In this document: piece by piece, positions 28,868 through 39,195 of the stretch
How the letters are laid out: every line of letters begins with the position of its first letter
Numbering within the stretch: position 1 is the stretch's first letter
Source: a virus
Virus genome (UHGV): UHGV-1373362
Length of the DNA: 64,000 bases
Direction: 5' to 3' (one strand)
Translations under genes and position numbers: made by a program
Notes under the pieces: generated by a model
Database searches by the model: none
What the model saw: the letters and a program-made list of their open reading frames with translations, nothing else
Told to the model about the DNA's origin: nothing

Positions 28868-29646
28868 TGCACGTAACATTAGACCAACTATTAAGTGGTA
28901 AAGCTACCCAAATTAAGGACAGGAATTACTTTCCTACGAGAGCATATGTGGAACCATTCTTAGAAACTATGTCCAAGTTTACTAGTGATTTCAGGGTGCA
29001 AGTGAAAGTACCTGATCAAATTACTAGAACCGTGGATGGGAATGTAAATACAGATGATATTACTTATAATAGAGTATTAATTGAGGCAGTTATGCCTGAT
29101 GAATATGCATGGGATAACCATGATGAAGTTATCGGATTTTTATACGGACTAGATGTTCGCAAGCCGATAGTGAAAATGTATAGAGGTGGACTTAATAGAG
29201 CATGTACTAACCTATGCGTGTTTGATCCATCTTTTATTAATATTCAAGAGCTTGAACCAGAGAGGGGGATAAGCTATAAGCCAGTTAAACATCTTATGGA
29301 ACAGACTTCCGACTTAAAGATGTGGCTAGAGACTCTACACAACACAGAGTGGGAGAGGACAGTACCACTAATTGAATCTAATCTAGGTAAATGGATGAGA
29401 AATGCAATATCTCAACATTGTAACCTTGGTTATGGTAATATTAAGCTAGGTACTAAGGAAGTCATTGACGCTTATAAATCTTTGTTTGTGGACTCTAAAT
29501 CAGAGTATTATGTTAAGGAGGATGAAGATGTTAATATGTTCAAGGTTTATAATGCATTTACAGATCTCATCAGCAATGATGGAGGTAAAGATATTATAAA
29601 TAAAGCAGAGAAAACACTGTTATTAAGAACAATTTTAGACTTTTAA
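28867..29646 (+). CDS. hypothetical protein
   Basis: TAATG overlap. Confidence 0.4.
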   Translation: MHVTLDQLLSGKATQIKDRNYFPTRAYVEPFLETMSKFTSDFRVQVKVPDQITRTVDGNVNTDDITYNRVLIEAVMPDEYAWDNHDEVIGFLYGLDVRKPIVKMYRGGLNRACTNLCVFDPSFINIQELEPERGISYKPVKHLMEQTSDLKMWLETLHNTEWERTVPLIESNLGKWMRNAISQHCNLGYGNIKLGTKEVIDAYKSLFVDSKSEYYVKEDEDVNMFKVYNAFTDLISNDGGKDIINKAEKTLLLRTILDF

Positions 29647-29648
29647 TT

Positions 29649-29996
29649 ATGGAAATGAAAGAGTTGTACCTTAAAGTATTGGAGAAGTTTAATTGTAAGG
29701 AAATGCTCAAAGCACATGAATGTGTTGCATATGTAACAAATTGGGGTAATGAGGATTTCTACAGTCTAAACTATACTATCTTCTGTCATGAGGCTAAATA
29801 CCCTTCTGATAGAAAGTGTAGGCAGATACGCTTCAAATGTTCTGATAAAGAATCAGGATTTATACTAAATGGTCCAAATAATACGGTAGACTATCTTGTT
29901 ACTAAGGATGAAGCTGTCGAGATTATATACCTCTTTCTTTCCATTAGGAGGAAATTGCAAGATATAACACGTGATGAACTGCTAGAACTTCTTTAA
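29649..29996 (+). CDS. hypothetical protein
   Basis: ORF only. Confidence 0.4.
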   Translation: MEMKELYLKVLEKFNCKEMLKAHECVAYVTNWGNEDFYSLNYTIFCHEAKYPSDRKCRQIRFKCSDKESGFILNGPNNTVDYLVTKDEAVEIIYLFLSIRRKLQDITRDELLELL

Positions 29997-30006
29997 TCTA
30001 TAATTA

Positions 30007-32085
30007 ATGCTAGTAGTAAAAAGGAATAAGACAGTACAACCCTTTGATTGGGGTAAAGTGGATTTAGCTATTACTAAGGCATTCCATGCAGTTAATGAAC
30101 CTATTGACATGGAAATACTTAGTGACATTAAAGATGAGTTATACTTCAACAATATTATATCAGTAGAAGAAATACAAGATCAAATAGAGAAAGCTCTAAT
30201 GGCTTGTGATTATTATAATGTTGCTAAAGCATTCATCTTATACAGACATAAGCAAACAGAGCTTAGAAAGTTAACCAGTAAGAAACAATTTATTAAAGAC
30301 TACGCTAACGCAAGTAACGCTGCAACTGGTAGTAAGTATGATTCAAATGCTAATGTTACTGAGAAGAACATTGTAACTTTAAATGGTGAATTGTTCAAAG
30401 GTGACATTATTAAGGTAAATCGCACTATTCTTACTGATAAGATTAGAGAAATGTATGGTGAGGATTTAGCTAAGGAATATATCCGTCAGCTAGAATCTCA
30501 TGAACTATATAAACATGATGAGACTAGTATTATGCCATATTGTGTGGCTATTACTATGTATCCATTCTTGTTGGAAGGTTTGCAGCCTATTGGAGGTTTA
30601 TCTGCAAAACCCAAAAACTTGGATTCATTCTGTGGTATGTTTGTAAATCTAGTATTTGCAATCAGTTCACAGTTTGCTGGTGCAGTAGCCACTGGTGAGT
30701 TCCTAATGTATTTCGATTATTTTGCTCGTAAAGAGTGGGGTGAAGATTATTGGAAACGTCCAGAGGAAATGGTTGATAAGCATAGAAATATTGACAAGAC
30801 ACTGGAGCAGAAATTCCAACAGATTGTATATTCAATTAATCAGCCTGCTGCTGCTCGTAACTTCCAATCAGTATTCTGGAATATAAGTTACTTTGATAAG
30901 TATTACTTTGAGGGATTATTTGGGGAATTTGTATTCCCTGATGGTAGTAAACCTCAATGGGATTCATTAAACTGGTTACAGAAGAAATTCATGAGCTGGT
31001 TTAATGAAGAGCGTACTAAATGTATCTTGACATTCCCTGTCGAAACTGTGGCATTACTTACTGATGGCGAGGATATTCGTGATAAGGAATGGGCTGACTT
31101 CACTGCTGAAATGTATAGTAAAGGGCATTCTTTCTTTACTTATACTTCTGATAGTGCAGATTCGTTATCTTCTTGTTGCAGACTAAGGAATGAGGTTACT
31201 GATAATCAATTTTCCTATTCATTAGGTGCAGGTGGTATTGCTACTGGTAGTAAGTCAGTAATGACTTTAAATATCAATAGGTTAGTACAGGATGCAGTTA
31301 ATAAGGGATATGATATGATTGATTATTTAAGATCTCAGGTTCAGAAGGTTCATAAATATCAAACTGCATATAATGAACTGCTAAAGGACTATCTAAATAA
31401 TGGATTATTGACCGTTTACACAGCTGGGTTCATAAACCTACAAAAACAGTATCTTACTGTTGGAGTTAATGGTGTTATTGAAGCTGCTGAGTTCTTAGGA
31501 ATTAAAGTCAATGATAATCCTACTTATAGAGAGTTCATGCAGTCAATTCTTAAAACTATTAGTGATGAGAATCGTAAAGCTAAAACCAAAGAGTTAATGT
31601 TTAATACTGAATTTGTACCTGCTGAAAACTTAGGAGTTAAACATGCTAATTGGGATAGAAAGGACGGTTACGTTGTACCAAGGGATTGCTATAATAGTTA
31701 CTTCTATGCAGTTGAAGATATGTCTCTTAGTGTGCTTGATAAATTTAAATTACATGGAAAGGCATATGTAGAGAATCTAGATGGAGGTAGTGCCCTTCAT
31801 ATGAATCTGGATGAACATCTTACTAAAGATCAATATAGAAACCTGCTACGAATTGCAGCTACTAATGGTACCAATTATTTTACATTTAACATCCCAAATA
31901 CCATCTGTAATGACTGTGGGCACATTGATAAAAGGTACTTGCATGAGTGTCCTAAATGCGGAAGCAAGAATATAGATTATGCAACTAGAGTTATTGGATA
32001 TTTAAAGAGAATTAGTAACTTTAGTGAGGCCAGACAAGCTGAGGCTAAGAGAAGGTTTTACACCCCTAATACTAATGAGGTATGA
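30007..32085 (+). CDS. nrdD: anaerobic ribonucleoside-triphosphate reductase
   Basis: N-terminal ATP-cone (VVKRNKTVQPFDWGKV); C-terminal Zn ribbon CNDCGH...CPKCGS; glycyl-radical motif RVIGYLKR; 692 aa. Confidence 0.9.
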   Translation: MLVVKRNKTVQPFDWGKVDLAITKAFHAVNEPIDMEILSDIKDELYFNNIISVEEIQDQIEKALMACDYYNVAKAFILYRHKQTELRKLTSKKQFIKDYANASNAATGSKYDSNANVTEKNIVTLNGELFKGDIIKVNRTILTDKIREMYGEDLAKEYIRQLESHELYKHDETSIMPYCVAITMYPFLLEGLQPIGGLSAKPKNLDSFCGMFVNLVFAISSQFAGAVATGEFLMYFDYFARKEWGEDYWKRPEEMVDKHRNIDKTLEQKFQQIVYSINQPAAARNFQSVFWNISYFDKYYFEGLFGEFVFPDGSKPQWDSLNWLQKKFMSWFNEERTKCILTFPVETVALLTDGEDIRDKEWADFTAEMYSKGHSFFTYTSDSADSLSSCCRLRNEVTDNQFSYSLGAGGIATGSKSVMTLNINRLVQDAVNKGYDMIDYLRSQVQKVHKYQTAYNELLKDYLNNGLLTVYTAGFINLQKQYLTVGVNGVIEAAEFLGIKVNDNPTYREFMQSILKTISDENRKAKTKELMFNTEFVPAENLGVKHANWDRKDGYVVPRDCYNSYFYAVEDMSLSVLDKFKLHGKAYVENLDGGSALHMNLDEHLTKDQYRNLLRIAATNGTNYFTFNIPNTICNDCGHIDKRYLHECPKCGSKNIDYATRVIGYLKRISNFSEARQAEAKRRFYTPNTNEV

Positions 32086-32294
32086 TGATTTTTAAACTTT
32101 TATTCGTGGCTCTCATGTTAGTAGAGCTGACTATAGGATTTGCAGTAAAGTGGAATTATAAAGGAATTAGAGATAGACTTATTGAATGGTTTACAGTAAA
32201 TGATGTTAGAGATTTTATTGCTACGGGATTTGCTGATAAGTGGATTACTCAGATATTCCTGTTGTTGATATTATTTCTATTATGTATTATCTAG
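32082..32294 (+). CDS. small membrane protein
   Basis: Two hydrophobic helices; lies between nrdD and nrdG. Confidence 0.3.
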   Translation: MMIFKLLFVALMLVELTIGFAVKWNYKGIRDRLIEWFTVNDVRDFIATGFADKWITQIFLLLILFLLCII

Positions 32295-32295
32295 T

Positions 32296-32784
32296 ATGCT
32301 TAAATATGTAAACTACGACATAGTTTTTCAGGAGATTCCTAACGAAACTACTCTAGCTATAAACATATCTAATTGTCCATGTCATTGTAAGGGTTGTCAT
32401 AGCCCTTACTTGGCAAAGGATATTGGAACTGAACTAACATCTTATTCTCTTTTGGAATTACTTAAGAAAAATAAAGGAATAACTTGTGTAGCTATGATGG
32501 GGGGTGACTCAGAGCCACAAGAGGTAGAATATTTCTCTGAATTGGTAAGGAATATAGCTGGATTGAGATATGCTTGGTATTCTGGGAGACAGGAGCTTCC
32601 AAAGGATATAGACATATCTAAGTTTGACTATATTAAGCTAGGCCCCTACGTCGAAGAGTTAGGGGGTTTAAAGAGTCCTACTACCAACCAACGGTTCTAT
32701 GAAGTCCAAATGAGTAGAGAAATTGACGAAAATGATAACCCAATCTATGGGTTAGTAGATGTTACAGATGTATTTTGGAAATGA
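32296..32784 (+). CDS. nrdG: anaerobic RNR activating enzyme (radical SAM)
   Basis: CPCHCKGCHSP (CxxxCxxC) near the N-terminus; about 160 aa; directly downstream of nrdD. Confidence 0.85.
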   Translation: MLKYVNYDIVFQEIPNETTLAINISNCPCHCKGCHSPYLAKDIGTELTSYSLLELLKKNKGITCVAMMGGDSEPQEVEYFSELVRNIAGLRYAWYSGRQELPKDIDISKFDYIKLGPYVEELGGLKSPTTNQRFYEVQMSREIDENDNPIYGLVDVTDVFWK

Positions 32785-34202
32785 CTTTTTACAGTAAATT
32801 TAAGGATGTATTATCCAAAAAATCAGGAGCTTCAAAAGTAAACAAGGTAAAGCTAGCTGATGAACAGTTAGAGGCCTTACAAAGAATGGAGCATTTTCTT
32901 GATGATAAAGAGCCAGTACTGGTTCTACAAGGGTTTGCTGGAACTGGTAAAACTAGTATCCTTAATGAGTACATTCAGTACTTGGATTCTATAGACTATA
33001 ACTTTGTATTGTGTGCACCAACTCATAAGGCAAAGCTAGTTATGGAAGAGGTAACTGAATATCCAGCTATCACTGTTCACAAATTGCTATCATTAGCTCC
33101 TAATATTGAGATATTTAATCTCGATTACAAGGACTTAAAGTTTTATTCCAGTGGTATGAGTGAGATACCGGATGAAGGTATTGTCATTATTGATGAGGCA
33201 TCTATGATTAATGATGAGATTTACAAACTCTTACTAGACATGTGCAGAAGGTTTGGAACAAAATTATTATTCATAGGTGATAAAGCTCAAATTCAGCCTG
33301 TATGTAGTAAAACTACAAGTCTAGTATTTGACTGTTCCAATATTATAACTCTAACCAAAATCCATAGACAAGCTGATACTAATGGGTTACTCCCATTGCT
33401 ATCTAAATTGAGAGAGAAACCTATGAGAAGGTTTCAACCTATAGAGGCCCCAGAAGGGTCTCTATTTGTTTATACACAAGCCAAAGACTTCATGATGAAG
33501 AGTACTGATTTCTTTAGGGAGGCTCTAAAACATCAGAATGTTAATGAGGTGAAGATGATTGCCTATACTAATGCAAGAGTACAAGGGTTCAATCAATGTA
33601 TGCGTAAACTCTTATGGGGCAAGGAAGTTGAGAATGAATACAATCAGTTTGAGTTTTTAACTGGATATGAGAATTTTGAATTCAACAATGCTCAGTTTTA
33701 TAACTCACTTGATTATGTTATCACTAGTCCTCCTAAAGGGATAGACAAACATATACCTCACTTTATGAAGTTACCTGGCTATGAGTTAGAACTATTTGAT
33801 ACTGTTTATAAGAAATTACTTAATGTATTTATATTACGTAAAGACATTGAACAGGACTATATAAACAGTTTAGCCTCACAAATTGAAGACGTTAGAATCT
33901 CAGCTATTGAGGCTAAAAGGAACGGTAACAGAACTAGGTCTATATATCTATGGAAGCAGTATTTCGAAACGGTAAAGAGTTTTGGAACTCCCAAAGATAT
34001 AATGTGGGATAATCGAGTTATTAAGAAAAAAACCTTCGATTACGGCTATGCTTCTACTATACATAAGATTCAGGGTAGTTCTCTGAAAACTGTATTTGTA
34101 GATATGGCTAATGTCATGGTTTGTAAGAACATAGATGAGATAAGACAGATGCAGTATGTATCTCTATCGAGAACTAAAACAGATGCACATATACTAGTTT
34201 AA
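32781..34202 (+). CDS. SF1B DNA helicase (Dda/RecD-like)
   Basis: Walker A LVLQGFAGTGKTS, motif II VIIDEASM, and C-terminal ASTIHKIQGSS (UvrD_C_2-type). The track start at 32775 is TTG; ATG at 32781 overlaps the nrdG stop (ATGA). Confidence 0.8.
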   Translation: MTFYSKFKDVLSKKSGASKVNKVKLADEQLEALQRMEHFLDDKEPVLVLQGFAGTGKTSILNEYIQYLDSIDYNFVLCAPTHKAKLVMEEVTEYPAITVHKLLSLAPNIEIFNLDYKDLKFYSSGMSEIPDEGIVIIDEASMINDEIYKLLLDMCRRFGTKLLFIGDKAQIQPVCSKTTSLVFDCSNIITLTKIHRQADTNGLLPLLSKLREKPMRRFQPIEAPEGSLFVYTQAKDFMMKSTDFFREALKHQNVNEVKMIAYTNARVQGFNQCMRKLLWGKEVENEYNQFEFLTGYENFEFNNAQFYNSLDYVITSPPKGIDKHIPHFMKLPGYELELFDTVYKKLLNVFILRKDIEQDYINSLASQIEDVRISAIEAKRNGNRTRSIYLWKQYFETVKSFGTPKDIMWDNRVIKKKTFDYGYASTIHKIQGSSLKTVFVDMANVMVCKNIDEIRQMQYVSLSRTKTDAHILV

Positions 34203-34213
34203 AAACTTAGTAA

Positions 34214-34492
34214 ATGACAATCAAGGTAGTAATTAATGATTCTTGTATAAATCTTAAGGATGAACTCTTGCCACTATTAGAAGGTAAGTTTTCTGATATG
34301 GACGTTGAGGTTTACAATGAAGATTTTTATAAAGATAGGAAGAAAGCTATTATGGTAAAGGCATCATGTGGAACAAAATTAGTTCCATTTGTAGCTATTT
34401 ATGATAAAGAGCTTAGAAAAGCGTTTTACTCTGAAGTTGGAGAATGTACTGTTAATAATATTTTAAAGTATCTAAAATGTCTAAAGTTTTAA
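34214..34492 (+). CDS. hypothetical small protein
   Basis: ORF only. Confidence 0.35.
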   Translation: MTIKVVINDSCINLKDELLPLLEGKFSDMDVEVYNEDFYKDRKKAIMVKASCGTKLVPFVAIYDKELRKAFYSEVGECTVNNILKYLKCLKF

Positions 34493-35190
34493 TAGTTCCA
34501 GATGTACACGGTAGAACATTTTGGAAATATGCTAAAAATCATGTAGATGAGTTTGACAAAGTAGTTTTCTTGGGGGATTACTTAGACCCATATCCGCATG
34601 AGCACATATCCTTTGACGATGCAGTTCAGAATTTTAAACAAATTCTAGATTTTAAGAATAAGAATAAGGATAAAGTAGTCCTACTTCTTGGAAATCATGA
34701 TATGCATTACTACAATACAGGATTTATGGACTGCTCTAGAATGAATTATGCTAGAAGGGAGGAAATGTATCACTTGTATACAGGATGGGATTTCTTTAAT
34801 CTGGCCTATATCTATGATAACTATTTATTCTCACATGCAGGAGTATATACAGAATGGCTAGAAGAAAATGATCTGACTCTTGATGATCTTATAGACGACA
34901 ATGCAATTGAAAGATGTATGCCTGCATTATCAGATGTAAGTTATTGGAGAGGTGGATGCTGTGACGCTGGTAGTTGTATATGGTCTGATATTAGAGAATC
35001 CTCTAATAGACATCCTGACACAACCTACTATCAAATAGTTGGGCATACTCAACTAGCAGATGAACCATATCGTACCCCTAAGATTGCATGTTTGGATGTT
35101 CGTAAATGTTTTTTATTAGATACAGAAACTAAAGAGATTACTAGTATTGGTTATAACTCCAACAGTGATGAAAATACAAGTAATAAATAA
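34477..35190 (+). CDS. Ser/Thr-phosphatase-like metallophosphoesterase
   Basis: IVPDVHGR (DxH), VVFLGDYLD (GDxxD), LLGNHD (GNHD/E). Confidence 0.65.
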   Translation: MSKVLIVPDVHGRTFWKYAKNHVDEFDKVVFLGDYLDPYPHEHISFDDAVQNFKQILDFKNKNKDKVVLLLGNHDMHYYNTGFMDCSRMNYARREEMYHLYTGWDFFNLAYIYDNYLFSHAGVYTEWLEENDLTLDDLIDDNAIERCMPALSDVSYWRGGCCDAGSCIWSDIRESSNRHPDTTYYQIVGHTQLADEPYRTPKIACLDVRKCFLLDTETKEITSIGYNSNSDENTSNK

Positions 35191-35749
35191 ATCTCAATGG
35201 GAACTTCCCAAGTATGAAACCTTATTCGCAGCTGGCATGGACGTCAGAGGGGATTTCAGTAGAATTAAGTTAGTAGACAATAAGCCAGAAAAATTCTTCT
35301 TTGATGCTGATGTTGTAGCTATTGGTTTGAGAGAGGATCCCAACAGTAAAGGTGTAGTAGATAAGGAGGGTAATTATACTGGGGAGAAACTACCTTCCAT
35401 CCCGACAGCTAAAACTATTGAAATTAAGCCTGGAGGTAGGTGTTTAATTCCTACTGGTCTATTTGTAGCTATCCCACAAGGATATGAGCTGCAATGTAGA
35501 ATGAGGAGTGGGTTAGCATTAAAGATGGGGCTTACTCTTACTAATGGAATTGGCACTATCGATGCCGATTATAGGGGTGAGATTGGAATCATCTTAACTA
35601 ATACTTCTAATACTCCTGTTCGTATTAATGATGGTGAAAGACTAATGCAATTAGTTCTTGCTAAGCATGAAGTAGTTGAATGGGAAGAGGTAGAGATACT
35701 TCCTGAAACAGATAGGGGTGAAGAAGGATTCGGACATACTGGTAAATAA
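35168..35749 (+). CDS. dut: dUTP diphosphatase
   Basis: AAGMDV (motif I), RSGLA (motif III), [10 protein letters not shown] (motif IV), plus a C-terminal extension. The track ORF starts at 35147; the ATG at 35168 gives the typical MKIQVINKS dUTPase N-terminus. Confidence 0.85.
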   Translation: MKIQVINKSQWELPKYETLFAAGMDVRGDFSRIKLVDNKPEKFFFDADVVAIGLREDPNSKGVVDKEGNYTGEKLPSIPTAKTIEIKPGGRCLIPTGLFVAIPQGYELQCRMRSGLALKMGLTLTNGIGTIDADYRGEIGIILTNTSNTPVRINDGERLMQLVLAKHEVVEWEEVEILPETDRGEEGFGHTGK

Positions 35750-35757
35750 GTAAAAAA

Positions 35758-36177
35758 ATGGATATAGTTAATACATCTGGGATAAGCACTGCTATTGCTT
35801 CTATAAAGCAATTCAATGAGATGGCAGTTACTACAGCCAAGGAACAATTATCTGTTTTGTTAGGCAAGTATTTTAAGAGGGGTAGTATTGTATACTTTGT
35901 GAGAGGCATAAATATGCACACCTTGAAATTACTTATTGAATATTCAGAGAACTATGAATTTAGAGGTAGATTAGGTTATAGAGAGACTTTTAAGGAAGTA
36001 TCCATACCTGAGTTTATTTCTATGGATGGCATGAAGGAATCTTCTCCTACTGAATACTTAGTTGCGAAGAGGTTATTTATACAAAGGATAGATACGTATT
36101 ACAATATGGACTGCTTGGAATTTGATATAAAGAACTTTTTCAGTAGCCATAACATTTCTGATTATATATTAATATGA
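35758..36177 (+). CDS. hypothetical protein
   Basis: ORF only. Confidence 0.4.
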   Translation: MDIVNTSGISTAIASIKQFNEMAVTTAKEQLSVLLGKYFKRGSIVYFVRGINMHTLKLLIEYSENYEFRGRLGYRETFKEVSIPEFISMDGMKESSPTEYLVAKRLFIQRIDTYYNMDCLEFDIKNFFSSHNISDYILI

Positions 36178-36371
36178 GAAGGGTGATTATTGGTTATATG
36201 CACACTGAAGCAGTCGATGCTGAGTTTGAGGAAATCCCATGTGAAAGTCTTTACGTGGCATACAGTGCTTCTGGACCTTTATATGTTTCCAAGTCGGAGC
36301 AGCAGATTAAGGACTACGTGTGTAAAAGTAGAGCTAAGGGTGTTAAGTATAAAAAGGTTACTATTATATGA
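36174..36371 (+). CDS. hypothetical small protein
   Basis: Preferred over the overlapping 36190-36435 frame on composition. Confidence 0.3.
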   Translation: MRRVIIGYMHTEAVDAEFEEIPCESLYVAYSASGPLYVSKSEQQIKDYVCKSRAKGVKYKKVTII

Positions 36372-36586
36372 CCACCAGGCAGGAAATATTACTTCGTTTA
36401 GCTTGTGCTGCACTACAGGGAGGAATGTCCATTGACGAGGTGTGTGACAGTATACAAGATATTAAAGGAGATAATGATTCTTCTCTATGGGATATTGCTG
36501 ACATACTTCCATGTGTAGAATTTGATGCAGATATTCCTTCTGAGGAAGATATTGAATTAGTTACTGGCAAAAAGGATTTTTATTAG
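36368..36586 (+). CDS. hypothetical small acidic protein
   Basis: ATGA overlap. Confidence 0.3.
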   Translation: MTTRQEILLRLACAALQGGMSIDEVCDSIQDIKGDNDSSLWDIADILPCVEFDADIPSEEDIELVTGKKDFY

Positions 36587-37791
36587 TGGATATTTTAGTC
36601 AGCAAAGACAATAAGGGCAAAATTAGAGTTGTCAAGATTGACTATGAGTGGGACGATCCTAGGCATGGTTATGTTATAAGGAGAAGTACTTCTCAATATG
36701 GGGGTAAAATCACCATCCAACCTGAGATATGGGTCTTTAATGGTAAAGTAAAGAGGACTGTTACCGAACAGGTTAAACTAGAATATAACTCTCATTTAAA
36801 GAAATATCAAGATAAGGGATATAAAATATTACCATCCTCTATTCAGTTGGAGGACAGTAAAGCAGTATCCGACTTCGTTCAAGAACATATGGGCGAGGGT
36901 GTTTCAGACACTAACGGGTTTAAGAAACATATGCTGGCTAAACAGCATGATAAGGTAGCAACTTCGGTATTTGATAAAATTGAATACTGGTATGCTAGTC
37001 GTAAAATAGATGGAGTGAGATGTTCATTCTATTGGAAGGATGGAGAAGTTAGAAGTGCTAGTAGGGGTGGTGGAGCATATGACCAGTCAACTACGCATAT
37101 AAGACTTCATCCATCTGTGATTTCTTTATTCCAAAAATTTCCAGATCTAGTTTTAGATGGGGAACTTTATAAACATGGAAGATCTTTACAACAAATTAGT
37201 GGTGCTGCAAGGCTTGAGAAAAACGCAGTAGCATGTGATTGGTTGGAATATTATATTTATGATGTCATGGATAGTTCTAAATCATTCGAAGAGAGGTTAG
37301 AAATACTACATGACGTAGAAGCAGAACTTGGTATAGTTGGGTTTGATCCTAACAGAGAATACAAGGATGACATGCTTAAAGTTCAGTTAGTTCCACACGA
37401 GGAAGTAAAGGGCTGGGCTAATATACAAAAGTTACATAATAAGTATGTAGAGGAGGGGTTTGAGGGTGTTGTGATTAGAGACCCATCTAAGCCCTATAAC
37501 TTTGGCGGTAGAACTAATGCTATGATCAAAGTTAAAATGTATCAAGATGCGGAATTTAAAATCGTTGGTTATGAAGATGGGCTGCGTCCAGAAGACATGG
37601 TATTCGTATGTGAGACTGAATTAGGTATTAAGTTTGAAGCTAAACCTATGGGTCCACGTGAATTAAAGTGGGAGTACCTTGATAGAATGGATGAAATCAT
37701 TGGTAAGATGGCTACTGTAAAGTACTTCTATCTTAGCGATGAAGGATGTCCTCTGCAGCCAGTTCTGAAGTGTATTAGGGATTATGAGTAA
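36586..37791 (+). CDS. ATP-dependent DNA ligase
   Basis: Motif I SRKIDGVR (KxDGxR), III LVLDGELY, IV EGFEGVVIRD, V MIKVKMY. N-terminal ~130-aa extension. GTG start overlapping the upstream TAG. Confidence 0.8.
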   Translation: MDILVSKDNKGKIRVVKIDYEWDDPRHGYVIRRSTSQYGGKITIQPEIWVFNGKVKRTVTEQVKLEYNSHLKKYQDKGYKILPSSIQLEDSKAVSDFVQEHMGEGVSDTNGFKKHMLAKQHDKVATSVFDKIEYWYASRKIDGVRCSFYWKDGEVRSASRGGGAYDQSTTHIRLHPSVISLFQKFPDLVLDGELYKHGRSLQQISGAARLEKNAVACDWLEYYIYDVMDSSKSFEERLEILHDVEAELGIVGFDPNREYKDDMLKVQLVPHEEVKGWANIQKLHNKYVEEGFEGVVIRDPSKPYNFGGRTNAMIKVKMYQDAEFKIVGYEDGLRPEDMVFVCETELGIKFEAKPMGPRELKWEYLDRMDEIIGKMATVKYFYLSDEGCPLQPVLKCIRDYE

Positions 37792-38029
37792 TTATAAAAT
37801 ACCATATCGTTATGATGTTCATTGGGGTTACATTGACGAGAATATTGAGCTTAATCCAGAGGATTATCTCAGTTATGATGAAGTGTATGAACTCAATGAT
37901 GCAATCTACGATGATATATGGGATAGCTTTAGTGTTGGAGACTTAGAGATAGACCAGGCGGAGATGGACTTTAGTCTGCCTAAAGAATTTATTGATGAGT
38001 GGAAGAGACTTAAAGGCTATGAAGTATGA
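37784..38029 (+). CDS. small acidic protein
   Basis: ORF only. Confidence 0.3.
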   Translation: MSNYKIPYRYDVHWGYIDENIELNPEDYLSYDEVYELNDAIYDDIWDSFSVGDLEIDQAEMDFSLPKEFIDEWKRLKGYEV

Positions 38030-38324
38030 TATTCCTAGTAAGGTTAGAATAGCTAATCACTGGTATAAAGTAATACTATGCGATTTTATAGATAATGGAG
38101 ATACTTTTGGTTCTCATTGCAATTTAAAGCTTGAAATCAAAGTAGCAGAATGTATGAAGACTGATGAAGGAGAAGTGATTAATCTTACAGAAGAACAGAT
38201 TAAGAACTCATTCTGGCATGAGGTATTCCATGCATTTAACTATTACTATAATAATAAGCAAGATGAATCATTAGCACAAACATTCGCCAACTTTATGCGT
38301 GAATTTGAACTTACACGAGAATGA
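37992..38324 (+). CDS. hypothetical protein with HExxH motif
   Basis: WHEVFHAF contains HExxH; possibly a small Zn-metallopeptidase-like fold. Confidence 0.3.
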   Translation: MMSGRDLKAMKYDIPSKVRIANHWYKVILCDFIDNGDTFGSHCNLKLEIKVAECMKTDEGEVINLTEEQIKNSFWHEVFHAFNYYYNNKQDESLAQTFANFMREFELTRE

Positions 38325-38590
38325 ATTATATTGTAATTTCTAAAAGAGGAGGGGTCTTAACACCTCTCTTCTTTACCTATAGGGATGAATCTGATGTAGT
38401 TTATAACGACGATGCATTAATTCGCAACGAAGATGATGTTATTAGAGTGATGATGAGATATTTTAAACCTGATAATGGATTAATGATAATAAGGGAAACC
38501 TTATTAGACATTGATGCATTAACCGATGACTTATCTATAATCACTGAACAGTTAAAGAAATATCTTGATGAAGAAAGAATCATTTCTTAA
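38321..38590 (+). CDS. hypothetical protein
   Basis: ATGA overlap. Confidence 0.3.
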   Translation: MNYIVISKRGGVLTPLFFTYRDESDVVYNDDALIRNEDDVIRVMMRYFKPDNGLMIIRETLLDIDALTDDLSIITEQLKKYLDEERIIS

Positions 38591-38882
38591 ATTGTTAGAC
38601 CTTATATCAACGATAAATAAGGATGCAGAGAGATTAGGGAAACTTGGTATTGATATTTATGAATGTACTCTTATGGTTGGTACTTCTGAAATGTTCGATA
38701 CTATTATGGAACATGTGTATGGATCAGAAGGTTTAGACTGGATATTATGGTGGGTTTATGAAAAATCTGCTAATAACAATTTAAAGGCTTATGAAACTGA
38801 CGCTAACGGTAATAGTATTGAAATAGTTAAGACTGTTGACGAACTATACGAGTATCTTGAAAAATATCATCGTGTAAGTTGA
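38565..38882 (+). CDS. hypothetical protein
   Basis: ORF only. Confidence 0.35.
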   Translation: MMKKESFLKLLDLISTINKDAERLGKLGIDIYECTLMVGTSEMFDTIMEHVYGSEGLDWILWWVYEKSANNNLKAYETDANGNSIEIVKTVDELYEYLEKYHRVS

Positions 38883-38930
38883 GCCTGATACTATATCAGG
38901 AATTAATATTCTAAAAATACGCTTTATATC

Positions 38931-39143
38931 ATGGAACAAGAACAATTTGGCTTCGAAGTAGCCTTAGTATTACTAAAGGAGGGTAAACGCATTACTAATG
39001 GAAGTGGTAACGTTTACTTTATGGAAAGTGGTAACGTTTACTGTATTCCTAGGAATTTCTATCCCAAAGGCAAGAGGGTGGAAGTCCGTATTTACTGGGA
39101 TGCCATACTTAGAAATGACTGGAGACTCTTTGAAGCCAATTAG
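38931..39143 (+). CDS. DUF2829-family small protein (Tad2-like, candidate anti-Thoeris sponge)
   Basis: The N-terminal FGFEVALVLLKEGKRITNGSG and C-terminal YWDAILRNDWRLFE match what I recall of the DUF2829 signature (F.EAL..LK.GK...R.GW and W.P...DLLAEDWE). 70 aa. Confidence 0.45.
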   Translation: MEQEQFGFEVALVLLKEGKRITNGSGNVYFMESGNVYCIPRNFYPKGKRVEVRIYWDAILRNDWRLFEAN

Positions 39144-39195
39144 ATTTACTGTACTACAAAGATTGCAATTATTATGGTAATAAATTTTACCGAGA

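Noticed and set aside
38884-38900. Perfect 7-bp inverted repeat cctgata-cta-tatcagg as a terminator
   Set aside because: No downstream U-run. Too short to call; it may be an operator-like site but is unsupported.
39001-39050. 16-nt tandem direct repeat agtggtaacgtttact as a regulatory or CRISPR-like repeat
   Set aside because: It has only two copies, lies inside an ORF, and encodes a duplicated SGNVY peptide.
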